Of a DNA stretch of 64,000 bases, positions 39,365-48,636 are shown piece after piece. A model generated the notes under the pieces. The model had not been told where the DNA came from. It made no database searches and saw only the letters and a list, made by a program, of their open reading frames with translations. The DNA is from Elusimicrobiota bacterium (GTDB taxonomy: Bacteria; Elusimicrobiota; Elusimicrobia; Elusimicrobiales; UBA9959). Every line of letters begins with the position of its first letter. Within the stretch, counting starts at the first letter, position 1. The stretch lies in NCBI GenBank assembly GCA_036574205.1, contig JAINCQ010000018.1, positions 93,298 through 157,297 on the forward strand, written 5' to 3'. Both the position numbers and the translations under genes were made by a program.

Positions 39365-40835
39365 ATGCGTTTTCCTTTTTTAGAATTTCTATAGTAGTTT
39401 CCCTATCGCTGAAATATTTTCTCTCATTTCCTATTATCTGATAATTTTCATGTCCTTTCCCTGCAATGAGTATTATATCCCCTTCTTTAGCTTGCCTTAT
39501 TGCAGATTCAATAGCTTGTTTTCTATCAACTATTTTAACATAGTTATTTTTACCAGCCTCAATGGCTCCTTTTTCTATCTCGTTAATTATTTTTAGTGGA
39601 TCCTCGGTTCTTGGATTGTCGCTTGTTATATAGACCATATCGCTTAACTGACAGGCAACTTTACCCATTGGAGCTCTTTTAGTAGGATCTCTATCTCCAC
39701 CACAACCAAAAACTGTAAGTATTTTGCGGTGAGGTAGTAAATTTAATGTTTCAAGCACCTGTCTTAATGACTCCTCAGTATGGGCATAATCAATGTATAT
39801 ATAAAATCCCTTCTTTGAAACTATTTTTTCAAGCCTTCCGCTTATATTATCTACCTTTTTCACTACTTTTGCAATTTCTGAAATATCAAAACCAATACTT
39901 TTTGCAGAGGCTATTGCGGCAAGAAAATTATAAACATTATGAAGACCTATAAGTTTTGTCTCAAAGTTATATCTTTTCCCCTGTTCTATGACAGTAAAAA
40001 TGGTTTTATCAGGTTTTAATTCTATATCTTTTGCTATAATTTGGGAGTTATTTTTTATTGAGTATGTTATAACATTTATATCTTTGTTAAGAAATGGAAT
40101 AATTTTTTGTGAAAATGGATCATCAAGGTTTAATATAGCAACCTTATCTTTTTTAGGAGAAAGATTTAATATTTCAAATAGCTTTAACTTTGCATTGGAG
40201 TATTCTTTTAAAGTTTTATGAAAATCTAAATGGTCGCTTTGTAGATTTGTAAAAATAGCCATATCAAACTCTATATCATCAACTTTTTTAAGAACCAATG
40301 AATGAGAAGAAACCTCCATAACAACGCTATCCCCACCATCTGATAAAATCTCATTTAAAATATAATTAAGGTGATGAGCAAATGGAGTGGTATTTTTAGC
40401 TTCTGATATAATTCTTTTGTGCGTTCTGTAATTTATCGTTCCTATAACACCGGTTTTTCTACCAAGTTCATTTAAAATTTTTTCAATCAAAAAAGTAGTA
40501 GTTGTTTTACCTTTGGTTCCGGTTATTCCTATTGTATAAAGTCTTGATGAGGGATTTTTGTAAAAATTTTTAGATACAACTGATAAGGTTTTCATTATAT
40601 CCTTTGAAACTGAGATTATGGGGCTTTCATAATCTATTTTTTCATCAGCAATTATAAAACTTGCTCCTTTTTCAATTGCCTGCTCTATATACTTTTTCCC
40701 GTCATCTTTTTCTCCTTTAAACGCAAAAAAAATAAAGTTTTTTTTAACTTCCCTTGAATCTACGGCTATTCCTTCTATTTCAATGTCATATTCAAAAGAC
40801 AACTCAGTTCCTTTTAAAACTTCTTTTAGTTTCAT
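39339..40835 (-). CDS. murE: UDP-N-acetylmuramoyl-L-alanyl-D-glutamate--2,6-diaminopimelate ligase
   Basis: GITGTKGKTTT, DYAHTEESL, GCGGDRDPTKR, DNPRTEDP. Confidence 0.9.
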   Translation of the reverse strand: MKLKEVLKGTELSFEYDIEIEGIAVDSREVKKNFIFFAFKGEKDDGKKYIEQAIEKGASFIIADEKIDYESPIISVSKDIMKTLSVVSKNFYKNPSSRLYTIGITGTKGKTTTTFLIEKILNELGRKTGVIGTINYRTHKRIISEAKNTTPFAHHLNYILNEILSDGGDSVVMEVSSHSLVLKKVDDIEFDMAIFTNLQSDHLDFHKTLKEYSNAKLKLFEILNLSPKKDKVAILNLDDPFSQKIIPFLNKDINVITYSIKNNSQIIAKDIELKPDKTIFTVIEQGKRYNFETKLIGLHNVYNFLAAIASAKSIGFDISEIAKVVKKVDNISGRLEKIVSKKGFYIYIDYAHTEESLRQVLETLNLLPHRKILTVFGCGGDRDPTKRAPMGKVACQLSDMVYITSDNPRTEDPLKIINEIEKGAIEAGKNNYVKIVDRKQAIESAIRQAKEGDIILIAGKGHENYQIIGNERKYFSDRETTIEILKKENAYEPSNESI

Positions 40836-40917
40836 AAATCAAGTTTACAAGTTATCAAAATTAAAAGTCAATAGCTTGTAAGTTTCCATAAACATTATTA
40901 TGACATAATTTACCTTA

Positions 40918-40955
40918 GACTGACCGCTCCCTCAGTCAGCCAACCTCGCAGGTTG
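40918..40955. repeat. GC-rich twin hairpin module in the ftsI-murE spacer
   Basis: GACTGACCGCTCCCTCAGTCAGCC is about 20/23 identical to 551-571. It is followed by CAACC-TCGCA-GGTTG. GC-rich island in an otherwise AT-rich 135-nt spacer inside the dcw operon. Confidence 0.6.
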
Positions 40956-40970
40956 TTTAAGAGGTTTAAA

Positions 40971-42647
40971 TTAGTTTGTAATCAATATTTTCTTTTCGTC
41001 TTTTATTTTTGAGTAGTCAATCTCTCTATCTGGCTTGATGTTTTTTATGCTTATTATTCTCTTTGCCATCTCGGCAAATATTGGCGCGGCAGTCTGTCCC
41101 CCATATTTGTATTTTTTTGAGTTGTCTACTATTACTAAAATTGTATACTCAGGGTTTGACGCAGGGAAAAATCCACAAAAAGAAGCGACATTTTCACCTT
41201 TGATGTATTTTCTGGTTTTTAAATCCAATTTATTTGCCGTCCCTGTTTTACCCGCTATAAAGTATCCCGGTATTTGCGCATTAATTCCAGTACCATTTTC
41301 AACAACATCTACCATCATATTTGTTAGCCTCTTTGCGGTTTTGGTGGAAATAACCCTTCTTATCTCCTCTCTTTTTGCTTCAGTATTTCTATCTTCTCCA
41401 ATTCTATATACCAGAAAAGGTTTAATCAAAACGCCATTATTTGCTATTGCTGTGTAGGCGGAAATAAGTTGAAGTGGTGTGACTGCTATACCATATCCAT
41501 AACTTGTGGTTATTAAATCTATTTCACGATAGTCTTTAAAATTTTTCAAAATCCCTTTTGATTCCCCCAAAAAATCGGTATATTTTGAATCAAATCCAAA
41601 TTTTTTTATATAAGGGTAAAGTTTTTCTATTCCTATTTTTAGTCCGATTTTTCCAAATCCTATATTTGAAGAATGGGCAAATGCTTCTTTTAGAGTTACA
41701 ATTTTAAGGGGTTCGTGATCAGTAATTGTATGTTTTGAGTTGGGTTTCCATACGCCATTTTCACAATCTATCAAATCTTTTTCATTTAAAAGATTTTCTT
41801 CAAAAGCTGCTGAAAGAATTATAGTTTTAAAAGTAGAACCGGGTTCATAAGTATATTCAATAGCCTTAAAGTTTATATAATTTTGAGGATGTGATGCTAT
41901 GGCTGTAATAAACCCATTTTTAACATTCTGGACTATAATTATAATATTTTCTGTTAAGAATTCTTTACTGAAATTTGAGATTATTTCCTCAGCTATACTT
42001 TGTATTTCCTCCTCTATGGTTAAATATATATCAACTGGCTCTTTATCTGATATCCTGTTTGTTACCTCTATAATATTTCCTTTCAGATCTTTTATAATTT
42101 CTGTTTTTATCACATTTCCTTTGAGAAACTTATCATATTTAAGCTCTATCTGGGTTAATCCCTCATTTTCATTAGCCAGACCTATCAGTTCTCTTGCTGT
42201 TTCAGATGGGTAGATCCTTGATTGGTGTGGTTCAAGAACAATTCCTTTAATATTTAAATTTATAATTTTGTCATAAACATCCTTTTCAATCCCTTTTTTA
42301 ATTTTTATATAGTTTTTACCTTTTGATATCTTCTTTTTTAGATCTGTAATTTTCATATCAAGAGTTTGTGATAGATCCATTAAAGTTTGTTGGTTAAAAT
42401 CAAATTCTTTTTTCATTAATACTACGTCCCATTTTACTATTGATGAGGCAAGGATATTACCATTAAGATCCCGGATGTTTCCACGTGGCATTACTTCCGT
42501 TTTTTTTCTTTTGTATTCTTTTTTTGCGTAATTTATAAAAAATGAATGGTTTATTATTTGTAAATAAAAAAGCCTTGATATTATCAAAAAAGCAGTAAAG
42601 AGTATAATAATTTTAATAAATAAAAATCTTTTAGTAAAAAGATTCAT
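40971..42647 (-). CDS. ftsI: penicillin-binding protein (class B transpeptidase, FtsI/PBP3-like)
   Basis: N-terminal TM anchor, SxxK (PGSTFK), SSN, KTGT (AGKTGTA). Position after ftsL. Confidence 0.9.
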   Translation of the reverse strand: MNLFTKRFLFIKIIILFTAFLIISRLFYLQIINHSFFINYAKKEYKRKKTEVMPRGNIRDLNGNILASSIVKWDVVLMKKEFDFNQQTLMDLSQTLDMKITDLKKKISKGKNYIKIKKGIEKDVYDKIINLNIKGIVLEPHQSRIYPSETARELIGLANENEGLTQIELKYDKFLKGNVIKTEIIKDLKGNIIEVTNRISDKEPVDIYLTIEEEIQSIAEEIISNFSKEFLTENIIIIVQNVKNGFITAIASHPQNYINFKAIEYTYEPGSTFKTIILSAAFEENLLNEKDLIDCENGVWKPNSKHTITDHEPLKIVTLKEAFAHSSNIGFGKIGLKIGIEKLYPYIKKFGFDSKYTDFLGESKGILKNFKDYREIDLITTSYGYGIAVTPLQLISAYTAIANNGVLIKPFLVYRIGEDRNTEAKREEIRRVISTKTAKRLTNMMVDVVENGTGINAQIPGYFIAGKTGTANKLDLKTRKYIKGENVASFCGFFPASNPEYTILVIVDNSKKYKYGGQTAAPIFAEMAKRIISIKNIKPDREIDYSKIKDEKKILITN

Positions 42648-42973
42648 CCATTTTTAAGCAGTTTATTTAACTTGCTTGCTAATATGCCTGTTGCGCTTTC
42701 GTTTGTTTTCCTTTTTTCTTCTTCAATTATTATTATTGTATATGGTTGAGGCGTGGAAAGTCCTATTGTTTGAGCTGATTTTTGAATCTTTGCCAGGGTG
42801 GAGGTGGAATAATAATTTTTTTCAAGGTATTGATTCTCAGTCCTTATTTTTTTTATTTCATTTTCCAGTTTATTTATACGGTATCTTAATTTTAGATTGT
42901 GAGAACTTATTATTATAGGAATAAGGAATATCCATACACATAGAAATATGAGTTTTCTGTTCAAAATTTTCAT
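42644..42973 (-). CDS. ftsL: cell division protein FtsL-like (TM + coiled coil)
   Basis: 109 aa, single TM (LIFLCVWIFLIPIII) then a heptad-like segment (LRYRINKLENEIKKIRTENQYLEK). Position between rsmH and ftsI. Confidence 0.7.
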   Translation of the reverse strand: MKILNRKLIFLCVWIFLIPIIISSHNLKLRYRINKLENEIKKIRTENQYLEKNYYSTSTLAKIQKSAQTIGLSTPQPYTIIIIEEEKRKTNESATGILASKLNKLLKNG

Positions 42974-42985
42974 GGTGTTCTCCTA

Positions 42986-43123
42986 TAGCGAGAATGTTTC
43001 TATCTTGGTGAAGTTATTCCTGTCCCATACATAAAAAACCTTTGTCGGAGTTATACTATTTTTGAATCTTGCAAGTTTTTTCGTATTTCTTATAAGTTTT
43101 GTTATTAACTTATTTTTTTTCAT
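42986..43123 (-). CDS. 45-codon basic micro-ORF, ATGA-coupled to rsmH and in frame with ftsL
   Basis: Its ATG overlaps the rsmH TGA (ATGA). MKKNKLITKLIRNTKKLARFKNSITPTKVFYVWDRNNFTKIETFSL, then TAG. The ftsL ATG lies 4 codons downstream in the same frame. Confidence 0.3.
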
Positions 43124-44031
43124 AACCCCTCCTTCTGTATTACTCTTAATTTTGCGCTTCTTGCTCTTGGATTTTGAGTTATTTCTTCAGCCGATGGCGT
43201 TATTGGTTTTTTGTTGATAAGCTTCCATCCACCCATTTTTGCCATAAATTTGAATGTTTCTTTCACTATTCTGTCTTCAAGTGAATGGAATGTTATTACT
43301 GCTATTCTTCCGCCCGGCGCAAGAACATTTATGGCTTTTTGAAGAACTTTTGTTAGATTATCAAATTCGTAATTTACCGCAACCCTGAGAGCAAGAAAAG
43401 TTTTGGTTGCTGGATGCGAAGCTCTTTTATTCTGTGTTTTAAGAGGTATAACCCTGGATATTAATCCCGCAAGCTCAGTCGTTGTTTTGATTTCCCCTTT
43501 CTCCCTCTCTTCAACTATTGCAGCTGTTATTTTGTGAGAAAATCTTTCTCCGCATATTCTTATAAGATGTTCTATTTGTTCATATGGCCATGTGTTTATT
43601 ATGGCATAAGCTGTAAGGGGATTTGCAGGGTTTATTCTCATATCCAGAGGCCCTTCTTTTTTTAAGCTGAACCCTCTTGATGCTTTATCAAAATGCAAAG
43701 AAGAAACTCCTAAATCAAGCAGAAGTCCGGATATGGCGGTTATTCCAAGTTTTTTCAATATTTCGTCAAGGTTGGCAAAATTTCCACCTACCAATTTTAT
43801 CTGATTTGTATATTCATTTAGGTTCTTTGAGGCTATATTTAACATCTCAGGATCCCAGTCTATCCCTATTATTTTTGCGCTTCTATCAAGTGATTCAAGC
43901 AATTTTTTGGAATGCCCCCCCATTCCTATGGTTGCATCAACATATATTCCACCTTTGTCGGTGATTAAAAGATTACAAACTTCGTTGGATAAAACTGCTT
44001 TATGCGCGTATTTTTCTTCCATAACAATCAT
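43120..44031 (-). CDS. rsmH: 16S rRNA (cytosine1402-N4)-methyltransferase
   Basis: HKAVLSNEV, YVDATIGMGGHS, DLGVSS, SLEDRIVK, NPRARSAKLRV. Confidence 0.95.
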   Translation of the reverse strand: MIVMEEKYAHKAVLSNEVCNLLITDKGGIYVDATIGMGGHSKKLLESLDRSAKIIGIDWDPEMLNIASKNLNEYTNQIKLVGGNFANLDEILKKLGITAISGLLLDLGVSSLHFDKASRGFSLKKEGPLDMRINPANPLTAYAIINTWPYEQIEHLIRICGERFSHKITAAIVEEREKGEIKTTTELAGLISRVIPLKTQNKRASHPATKTFLALRVAVNYEFDNLTKVLQKAINVLAPGGRIAVITFHSLEDRIVKETFKFMAKMGGWKLINKKPITPSAEEITQNPRARSAKLRVIQKEGL

Positions 44032-44037
44032 GTCGCT

Positions 44038-44487
44038 TTATATGTCTAATATTTTTGAAAATTTTTTCAAAGACGAGTTTATTCTAAAATTTGTATATTT
44101 CTTCCAGCTTTCCTTTGCCCATATTTCTATTTTATTGCCCACTCCAATAATAACAACATCTTTTTTGATGCCGGCATATTTTTTGTGATTTGCCGATATC
44201 AGTATCCTTCCCTGTTCATCAACAAAAGCTTGAGATGCATTGGAAAAGAAAAATCTTTTAAATGCCCTTTCCTCTTCCCTATTGTCAGCTCTAAAAACCT
44301 CCATATTGTTTTTTATTAACTCATCCCATACAGAAGGCAGAAATGCATATAAACATCTATCAAGTCCTATGGTAATCATAAAAAAATTGGAACTTTCATT
44401 TTTTAACTCTTCCCTGAATTTAGAAGGAATAAAAACTCTATTCTTTGGGTCTATTACGAAGTTATATTCACCATAGAATGTTTTCAC
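44038..44487 (-). CDS. mraZ: transcriptional regulator MraZ
   Basis: GTG start. FYGEYNFVIDPKNRVFIPSKFRE and a second DxxGR-type repeat (VDEQGRILISANHKKYAG). Confidence 0.9.
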   Translation of the reverse strand: MKTFYGEYNFVIDPKNRVFIPSKFREELKNESSNFFMITIGLDRCLYAFLPSVWDELIKNNMEVFRADNREEERAFKRFFFSNASQAFVDEQGRILISANHKKYAGIKKDVVIIGVGNKIEIWAKESWKKYTNFRINSSLKKFSKILDI

Positions 44488-44488
44488 T

Positions 44489-44538
44489 TTTAACCTCTTT
44501 TAAACATATTTAAACACTTTTCACCACTTTAAACCACT
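44489..44538 (-). promoter_or_regulatory. 10-bp-periodic AGTGG/T box array (candidate MraZ operator)
   Basis: Minus strand reads AGTGGTTTAA AGTGGTGAAA AGTGTTTAAA TATGTTTAAA AGAGGTTAAA, then AGTG containing the GTG start. It lies between the -10 element and mraZ. Confidence 0.6.
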
Positions 44539-44546
44539 AAAAAGAT

Positions 44547-44575
44547 AGTATAGATGAATTTTTTTGATTTGTCAA
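44547..44575 (-). promoter_or_regulatory. dcw/mraZ promoter
   Basis: TTGACA (44575-44570), 17 nt spacer, TATACT (44552-44547) on the minus strand. Confidence 0.6.
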
Positions 44576-44629
44576 GGTCTGAGTTTGATTTGCATCAAAA
44601 AATTAAGAATGTGTTTTTAAAATTCCTAT

Positions 44630-45736
44630 TCAATCTATTTTTTCAAAAAGACTTCCGTGTTTTATTTGATATTGCCATACGCTTTCTAAAGCTCTGAGAC
44701 TGGTGTATGGTTTACCATAGGAGTTGAAAAGCGCTTTTGAAACACTATCTCCTTCTTTGATTCTTTTGCAGAATTGATAAAAACTATCTCCTTGCTGTAT
44801 TTTAAGCAAAAGATAAACAAGAGAATAACTCTGCGCATACCATAGTTTTACGCTTTTATCACTTGCATCCTCAAGAGTTTTTATCATAATTAAATCAGCA
44901 AGCTTATATGCATTGCCATCCTTAAGTAAAGTTATATTTTCTTTAAGCCAGTTTGGATAGTAGTTTCCTCTTTGAACCTGTATATATACTGCCATGCCTT
45001 CGCTAAGCCATAAAGGACTTTTGTCATATCCCCCAAAAAAACTATCAAAATAAATATGAGTAAGCTCATGAGCTAAAATTCCAAACCATTCTCCGCTTTT
45101 ATATAGATATATTTTTTTTTCTCTCAAATTTGCTGCCCCTCCAGACCATGGTGGTCTTTGTGAAAGCTCCTGGTATTTCTGAGAGGTTTTTGCAAGGTAT
45201 ATATGAACTTTTTCATCCCTTGTCCAGGGAGAAAAGGCTATAAGATCAAGCATTATTTCGCCATGAAGTTTTTCTATTTCTGTTTCAATTTCTCCCGCGT
45301 CAATACCTGTTTCAACATAAAGATGAAAATGCCTTGTTTCCACATATTTGAAACCGTCTGGAACTGTTATTCGAGGTTTTTTCTCTTTTGCAGCTTCCAC
45401 TATATCGTTTCCGCTTTTCTCATATTTATAATGTTCTTCAGGAATAGCTATATCTTTTATCTCCTCGGTTTTTGCTATCATTATCCTATCTTCTTTTTCT
45501 TCAAGGTTTTTTGAAATAGCAGGTGATGTAGTTATAGAAATTATTGGAGAGGCTTGGTAGTAATCATTTTTTTTTTGTATTTTTATTGGCTCATAAGTCT
45601 TTCTTTTGGTGTTAAGTATTATCTTATTTTTATTAGATTCTTTTATATCTTCTGATATGTATTGATAGAGATATATTCCCCATATAAAAACTACCAAAAA
45701 CCAGAAGATAACCCTTAGTCGATATATTATATCCAT
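44630..45736 (-). CDS. membrane-anchored putative zinc metallopeptidase (peptidase MA-like, HExxH)
   Basis: N-terminal TM segment. GILAHELTHIYF (HExxH) followed by LSEGMAVY as a possible third ligand region. Confidence 0.55.
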   Translation of the reverse strand: MDIIYRLRVIFWFLVVFIWGIYLYQYISEDIKESNKNKIILNTKRKTYEPIKIQKKNDYYQASPIISITTSPAISKNLEEKEDRIMIAKTEEIKDIAIPEEHYKYEKSGNDIVEAAKEKKPRITVPDGFKYVETRHFHLYVETGIDAGEIETEIEKLHGEIMLDLIAFSPWTRDEKVHIYLAKTSQKYQELSQRPPWSGGAANLREKKIYLYKSGEWFGILAHELTHIYFDSFFGGYDKSPLWLSEGMAVYIQVQRGNYYPNWLKENITLLKDGNAYKLADLIMIKTLEDASDKSVKLWYAQSYSLVYLLLKIQQGDSFYQFCKRIKEGDSVSKALFNSYGKPYTSLRALESVWQYQIKHGSLFEKID

Positions 45737-45742
45737 AAAAAA

Positions 45743-46252
45743 TTATCTTATGTTACTCCTCATTTTAACAATAGTTTCAGACATGTTGTTTATAAAAACA
45801 GACAGAACTATTATAAAAAGGCCATTAGATAGCGCCATTGTCCAGGTAGGAGTGGATATTTCAAGTTCAAGTAAATAGGCTCTTAACCAATAAACAAAAA
45901 ACATGGAAGCTGTTGAAATCAATGCTATTAAAATAGTTTGTTTGCGATTTAAGAAAGTAGCTGCAAAGGCAGACGGCATAGTAAATAATAGCCAGCTTGG
46001 GGACCAGTAAGCTGTTATAAAATAAAAGACAATTGCCGTGGTTATTATGTTAAACATAACAAGAGAGAGTCTTATTATATTGGGCTTTTTGAATTGGTAT
46101 ATGTTTTTAAAAAAATAATAGTTTATAAGGAACTGTAGGATAAGTATTATAAGACTTGATATAGTATCAGATTTTTCAGGAGAAGAAAATATAACTGCAA
46201 AAAGAACTATAATTATTCCAAAAGGTGTGAATGTATAGTTAAAAAAATGCAT
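45743..46252 (-). CDS. small polytopic membrane protein, unknown function
   Basis: 169 aa with about 5 hydrophobic helices. No motif. Confidence 0.5.
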   Translation of the reverse strand: MHFFNYTFTPFGIIIVLFAVIFSSPEKSDTISSLIILILQFLINYYFFKNIYQFKKPNIIRLSLVMFNIITTAIVFYFITAYWSPSWLLFTMPSAFAATFLNRKQTILIALISTASMFFVYWLRAYLLELEISTPTWTMALSNGLFIIVLSVFINNMSETIVKMRSNIR

Positions 46253-46261
46253 CTTCCCTCC

Positions 46262-46870
46262 TTATTCCTTTAAGAAAGCAGATATGCATCTTTGCCTTTC
46301 ATCTCCTAAATTATAATTATATATAAAATAAGGATTATTATTTATTTTTTTTGCCATTTCAGGGCTAAGCCATGAGATAAAAATCCCATGTGGATTTAGA
46401 AGTGGCATTGCGATTTTGTATAAAAATTCAAGTTTTCCCGCTGCCCTTTGTGTTATTATGTCATATCTTTGTTTCTCATTGCCTGTTATTTCCTTATTTA
46501 CGATCTGAATGTTTTCAAGTTTGAGAAACTGCTTTATCCATATTAGAAACTTTGATTTTTTTTCTTTTTTTTCAGCAAGGGTTATTGAAATTTCAGGATA
46601 TATTATAGAAAGACAAACTCCGGGAAAACCTCCGCCGCTTCCGATATCAAGTAAGGTTTTATCTGTTGGTTTAATTAATCCAGTCCTTAAAATCATAATT
46701 GAGTCGACTATATGTCTTGAAATTATTTTTTGCTCGTCATTTTTTGATATCAGGTTTATAATTTTATTTTTGTTTAAAACCTCCAATGCAAATAATGAAA
46801 GTTTCTTTATCCCATCTTCAGAAATCTCTATTGAAAAAGATTTAATCAACGATTTTATTTTTTCTTCCAT
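46262..46870 (-). CDS. rsmG: 16S rRNA (guanine527-N7)-methyltransferase
   Basis: LLDIGSGGGFPG SAM motif. Directly downstream of mnmG (gidA-gidB synteny). Confidence 0.9.
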   Translation of the reverse strand: MEEKIKSLIKSFSIEISEDGIKKLSLFALEVLNKNKIINLISKNDEQKIISRHIVDSIMILRTGLIKPTDKTLLDIGSGGGFPGVCLSIIYPEISITLAEKKEKKSKFLIWIKQFLKLENIQIVNKEITGNEKQRYDIITQRAAGKLEFLYKIAMPLLNPHGIFISWLSPEMAKKINNNPYFIYNYNLGDERQRCISAFLKE

Positions 46871-48635
46871 GTTTCCTTTTTTCTATTAAAATCCATATAA
46901 GCTGAATATCTGAAACGGTTATGCCGGGAATCCTATATGCCTGAGCAAGATTTTTTGGTTTTATTCTGGACAATTTTTGTCTTGTCTCTATAGAAAGTTC
47001 ATTTATTGCGTTATAGTCAAATGAATCTGGTATCAGAACGCTTTCTATTTTTTCCATTTTTTTTATCTCTTTTTCATATCTTTGAATATATGCTGAATAA
47101 AAAATTTGATTTTTTGCGCATTCCCTTGCGTTTTCAGTTTTAAAGGGGTATATCTCATTGTCTATATTTATTTTAAGATCAGGGTTTTTTAGAAACTTTT
47201 CATATATTTTTTTATAACCTTCAAATTTCTTTTTTAGCTCCTCATTGAATATTCCAATCTCAAGTGCCCGCTCAAATAATCTTATATCAGCGTTTTCCTG
47301 CCTTAACATAATCCTGAATTCTGCTCTTGATGTAAATATTCTATATGGTTCATCAACCCCTCTTGATATAAGATCGTCAATCATAACTCCTATATAAGCT
47401 TCATTGCGTTTTAAAATAAAAGGTTGTTTTAGATTAATTTTCATTACAGCATTTATCCCGGCAATAAGTCCTTGCGCTGCTGCCTCTTCATATCCAGTTG
47501 TCCCATTTATTTGACCGGCTAAAAAAAGATTTTCAATTATTTTTGATTCAAGTGTATAATTTAAATCCCTTGGATCGCAAAGATCATATTCTATAGCATA
47601 ACCAGGTCTTATTATCTCAGCGTTTTTTATTGAATCTATAGAGTTTATTATTTCAATTTGAACATCTTCACTTAAACTTGTAGAAAGCCCGTTTACATAA
47701 TATTCATTTGTTTTAAATCCTTCTGGTTCAAGAAATATATGATGAGTCTTATGATGTGGAAATTTATGAATTTTGTCTTCTATAGAAGGACAGTATCTTG
47801 GTCCAATAGTTTTTATCTTACCGGAGTATAAAGCGCTTTTTGATATATTATTGTTTATTATCTCAAAAGTCTTTTCAGTTGTTCTGGTTATCCAGCACGG
47901 TAAAAAATTCCTTTTGTTAAGTTCTTCTTCATCGTAGAATATGGAGAAAGGCTTTGCGGGAGAATCTGACGGCTGTTTATCGCATAGTTCAAATTTTATT
48001 CCCCTTCCATTTAATCTCATAGGGGTGCCGGTTTTAAACCTCAAAATTTTTAATCCACATTCTTTTAAAGAGTTTGAAAGGTAATCTGATGGTGGTTCAT
48101 TGTATCTTCCTCCCGAGGATGTAAATTGTCCGATATGTATAACACCTTTTAAAAATGTTCCTGTTGTAAGTATAACAACCTTTGATTTATAAATTACATT
48201 TCTTTTTGTTACTACTCCAGAAAGTTTCGAACCTACTATATAAAGAGATATAACTTCATCTTGCATTAGAAATAAGTTTTTAGCTTGCTCAAGGTGTCTT
48301 TTCATGTTAATATGGTATAGGTTCTTATCGCATTGAGCTCTTGGAGAACGGACCGCCGGGCCCCTTGATGTATTTAAAAGATGATAGTTTATAGCGGATA
48401 AATCTGTATTAAGTCCAATGTATCCGCCTAAAGCATCTATCTCTTTAACTATCTGCCCTTTTCCAGTTCCACCTATTGATGGGTTGCAACTCATTTTGGC
48501 AATAGTATCAAGGTTTTGTGTTATTAAAAGAGTTCTGGCACCTAACTTTGAGGATATAAGAGATGCTTCACAACCTGCATGTCCCCCACCAACTACTATA
48601 ATGTCAAATTCTTGAGGATAGGTAAAATAAGGCAT
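46842..48635 (-). CDS. mnmG: tRNA uridine 5-carboxymethylaminomethyl modification enzyme MnmG
   Basis: FDIIVVGGGHAGCEA, MSCNPSIGG, GPRYCPSIEDK, AGQINGTTGYEEAAAQG. Confidence 0.95.
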   Translation of the reverse strand: MPYFTYPQEFDIIVVGGGHAGCEASLISSKLGARTLLITQNLDTIAKMSCNPSIGGTGKGQIVKEIDALGGYIGLNTDLSAINYHLLNTSRGPAVRSPRAQCDKNLYHINMKRHLEQAKNLFLMQDEVISLYIVGSKLSGVVTKRNVIYKSKVVILTTGTFLKGVIHIGQFTSSGGRYNEPPSDYLSNSLKECGLKILRFKTGTPMRLNGRGIKFELCDKQPSDSPAKPFSIFYDEEELNKRNFLPCWITRTTEKTFEIINNNISKSALYSGKIKTIGPRYCPSIEDKIHKFPHHKTHHIFLEPEGFKTNEYYVNGLSTSLSEDVQIEIINSIDSIKNAEIIRPGYAIEYDLCDPRDLNYTLESKIIENLFLAGQINGTTGYEEAAAQGLIAGINAVMKINLKQPFILKRNEAYIGVMIDDLISRGVDEPYRIFTSRAEFRIMLRQENADIRLFERALEIGIFNEELKKKFEGYKKIYEKFLKNPDLKINIDNEIYPFKTENARECAKNQIFYSAYIQRYEKEIKKMEKIESVLIPDSFDYNAINELSIETRQKLSRIKPKNLAQAYRIPGITVSDIQLIWILIEKRKHGRKNKIVD

Positions 48636-48636
48636 A

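Noticed and set aside
42986-42988. Alternative genetic code (TAG or TGA reassignment) as the explanation for the in-frame TAG and broken frames
   Set aside because: TAG ends ppdK (5692-5694). TGA ends gmk and rsmH at positions consistent with homologue lengths, and TAA is common. The standard code 11 fits all conserved genes.
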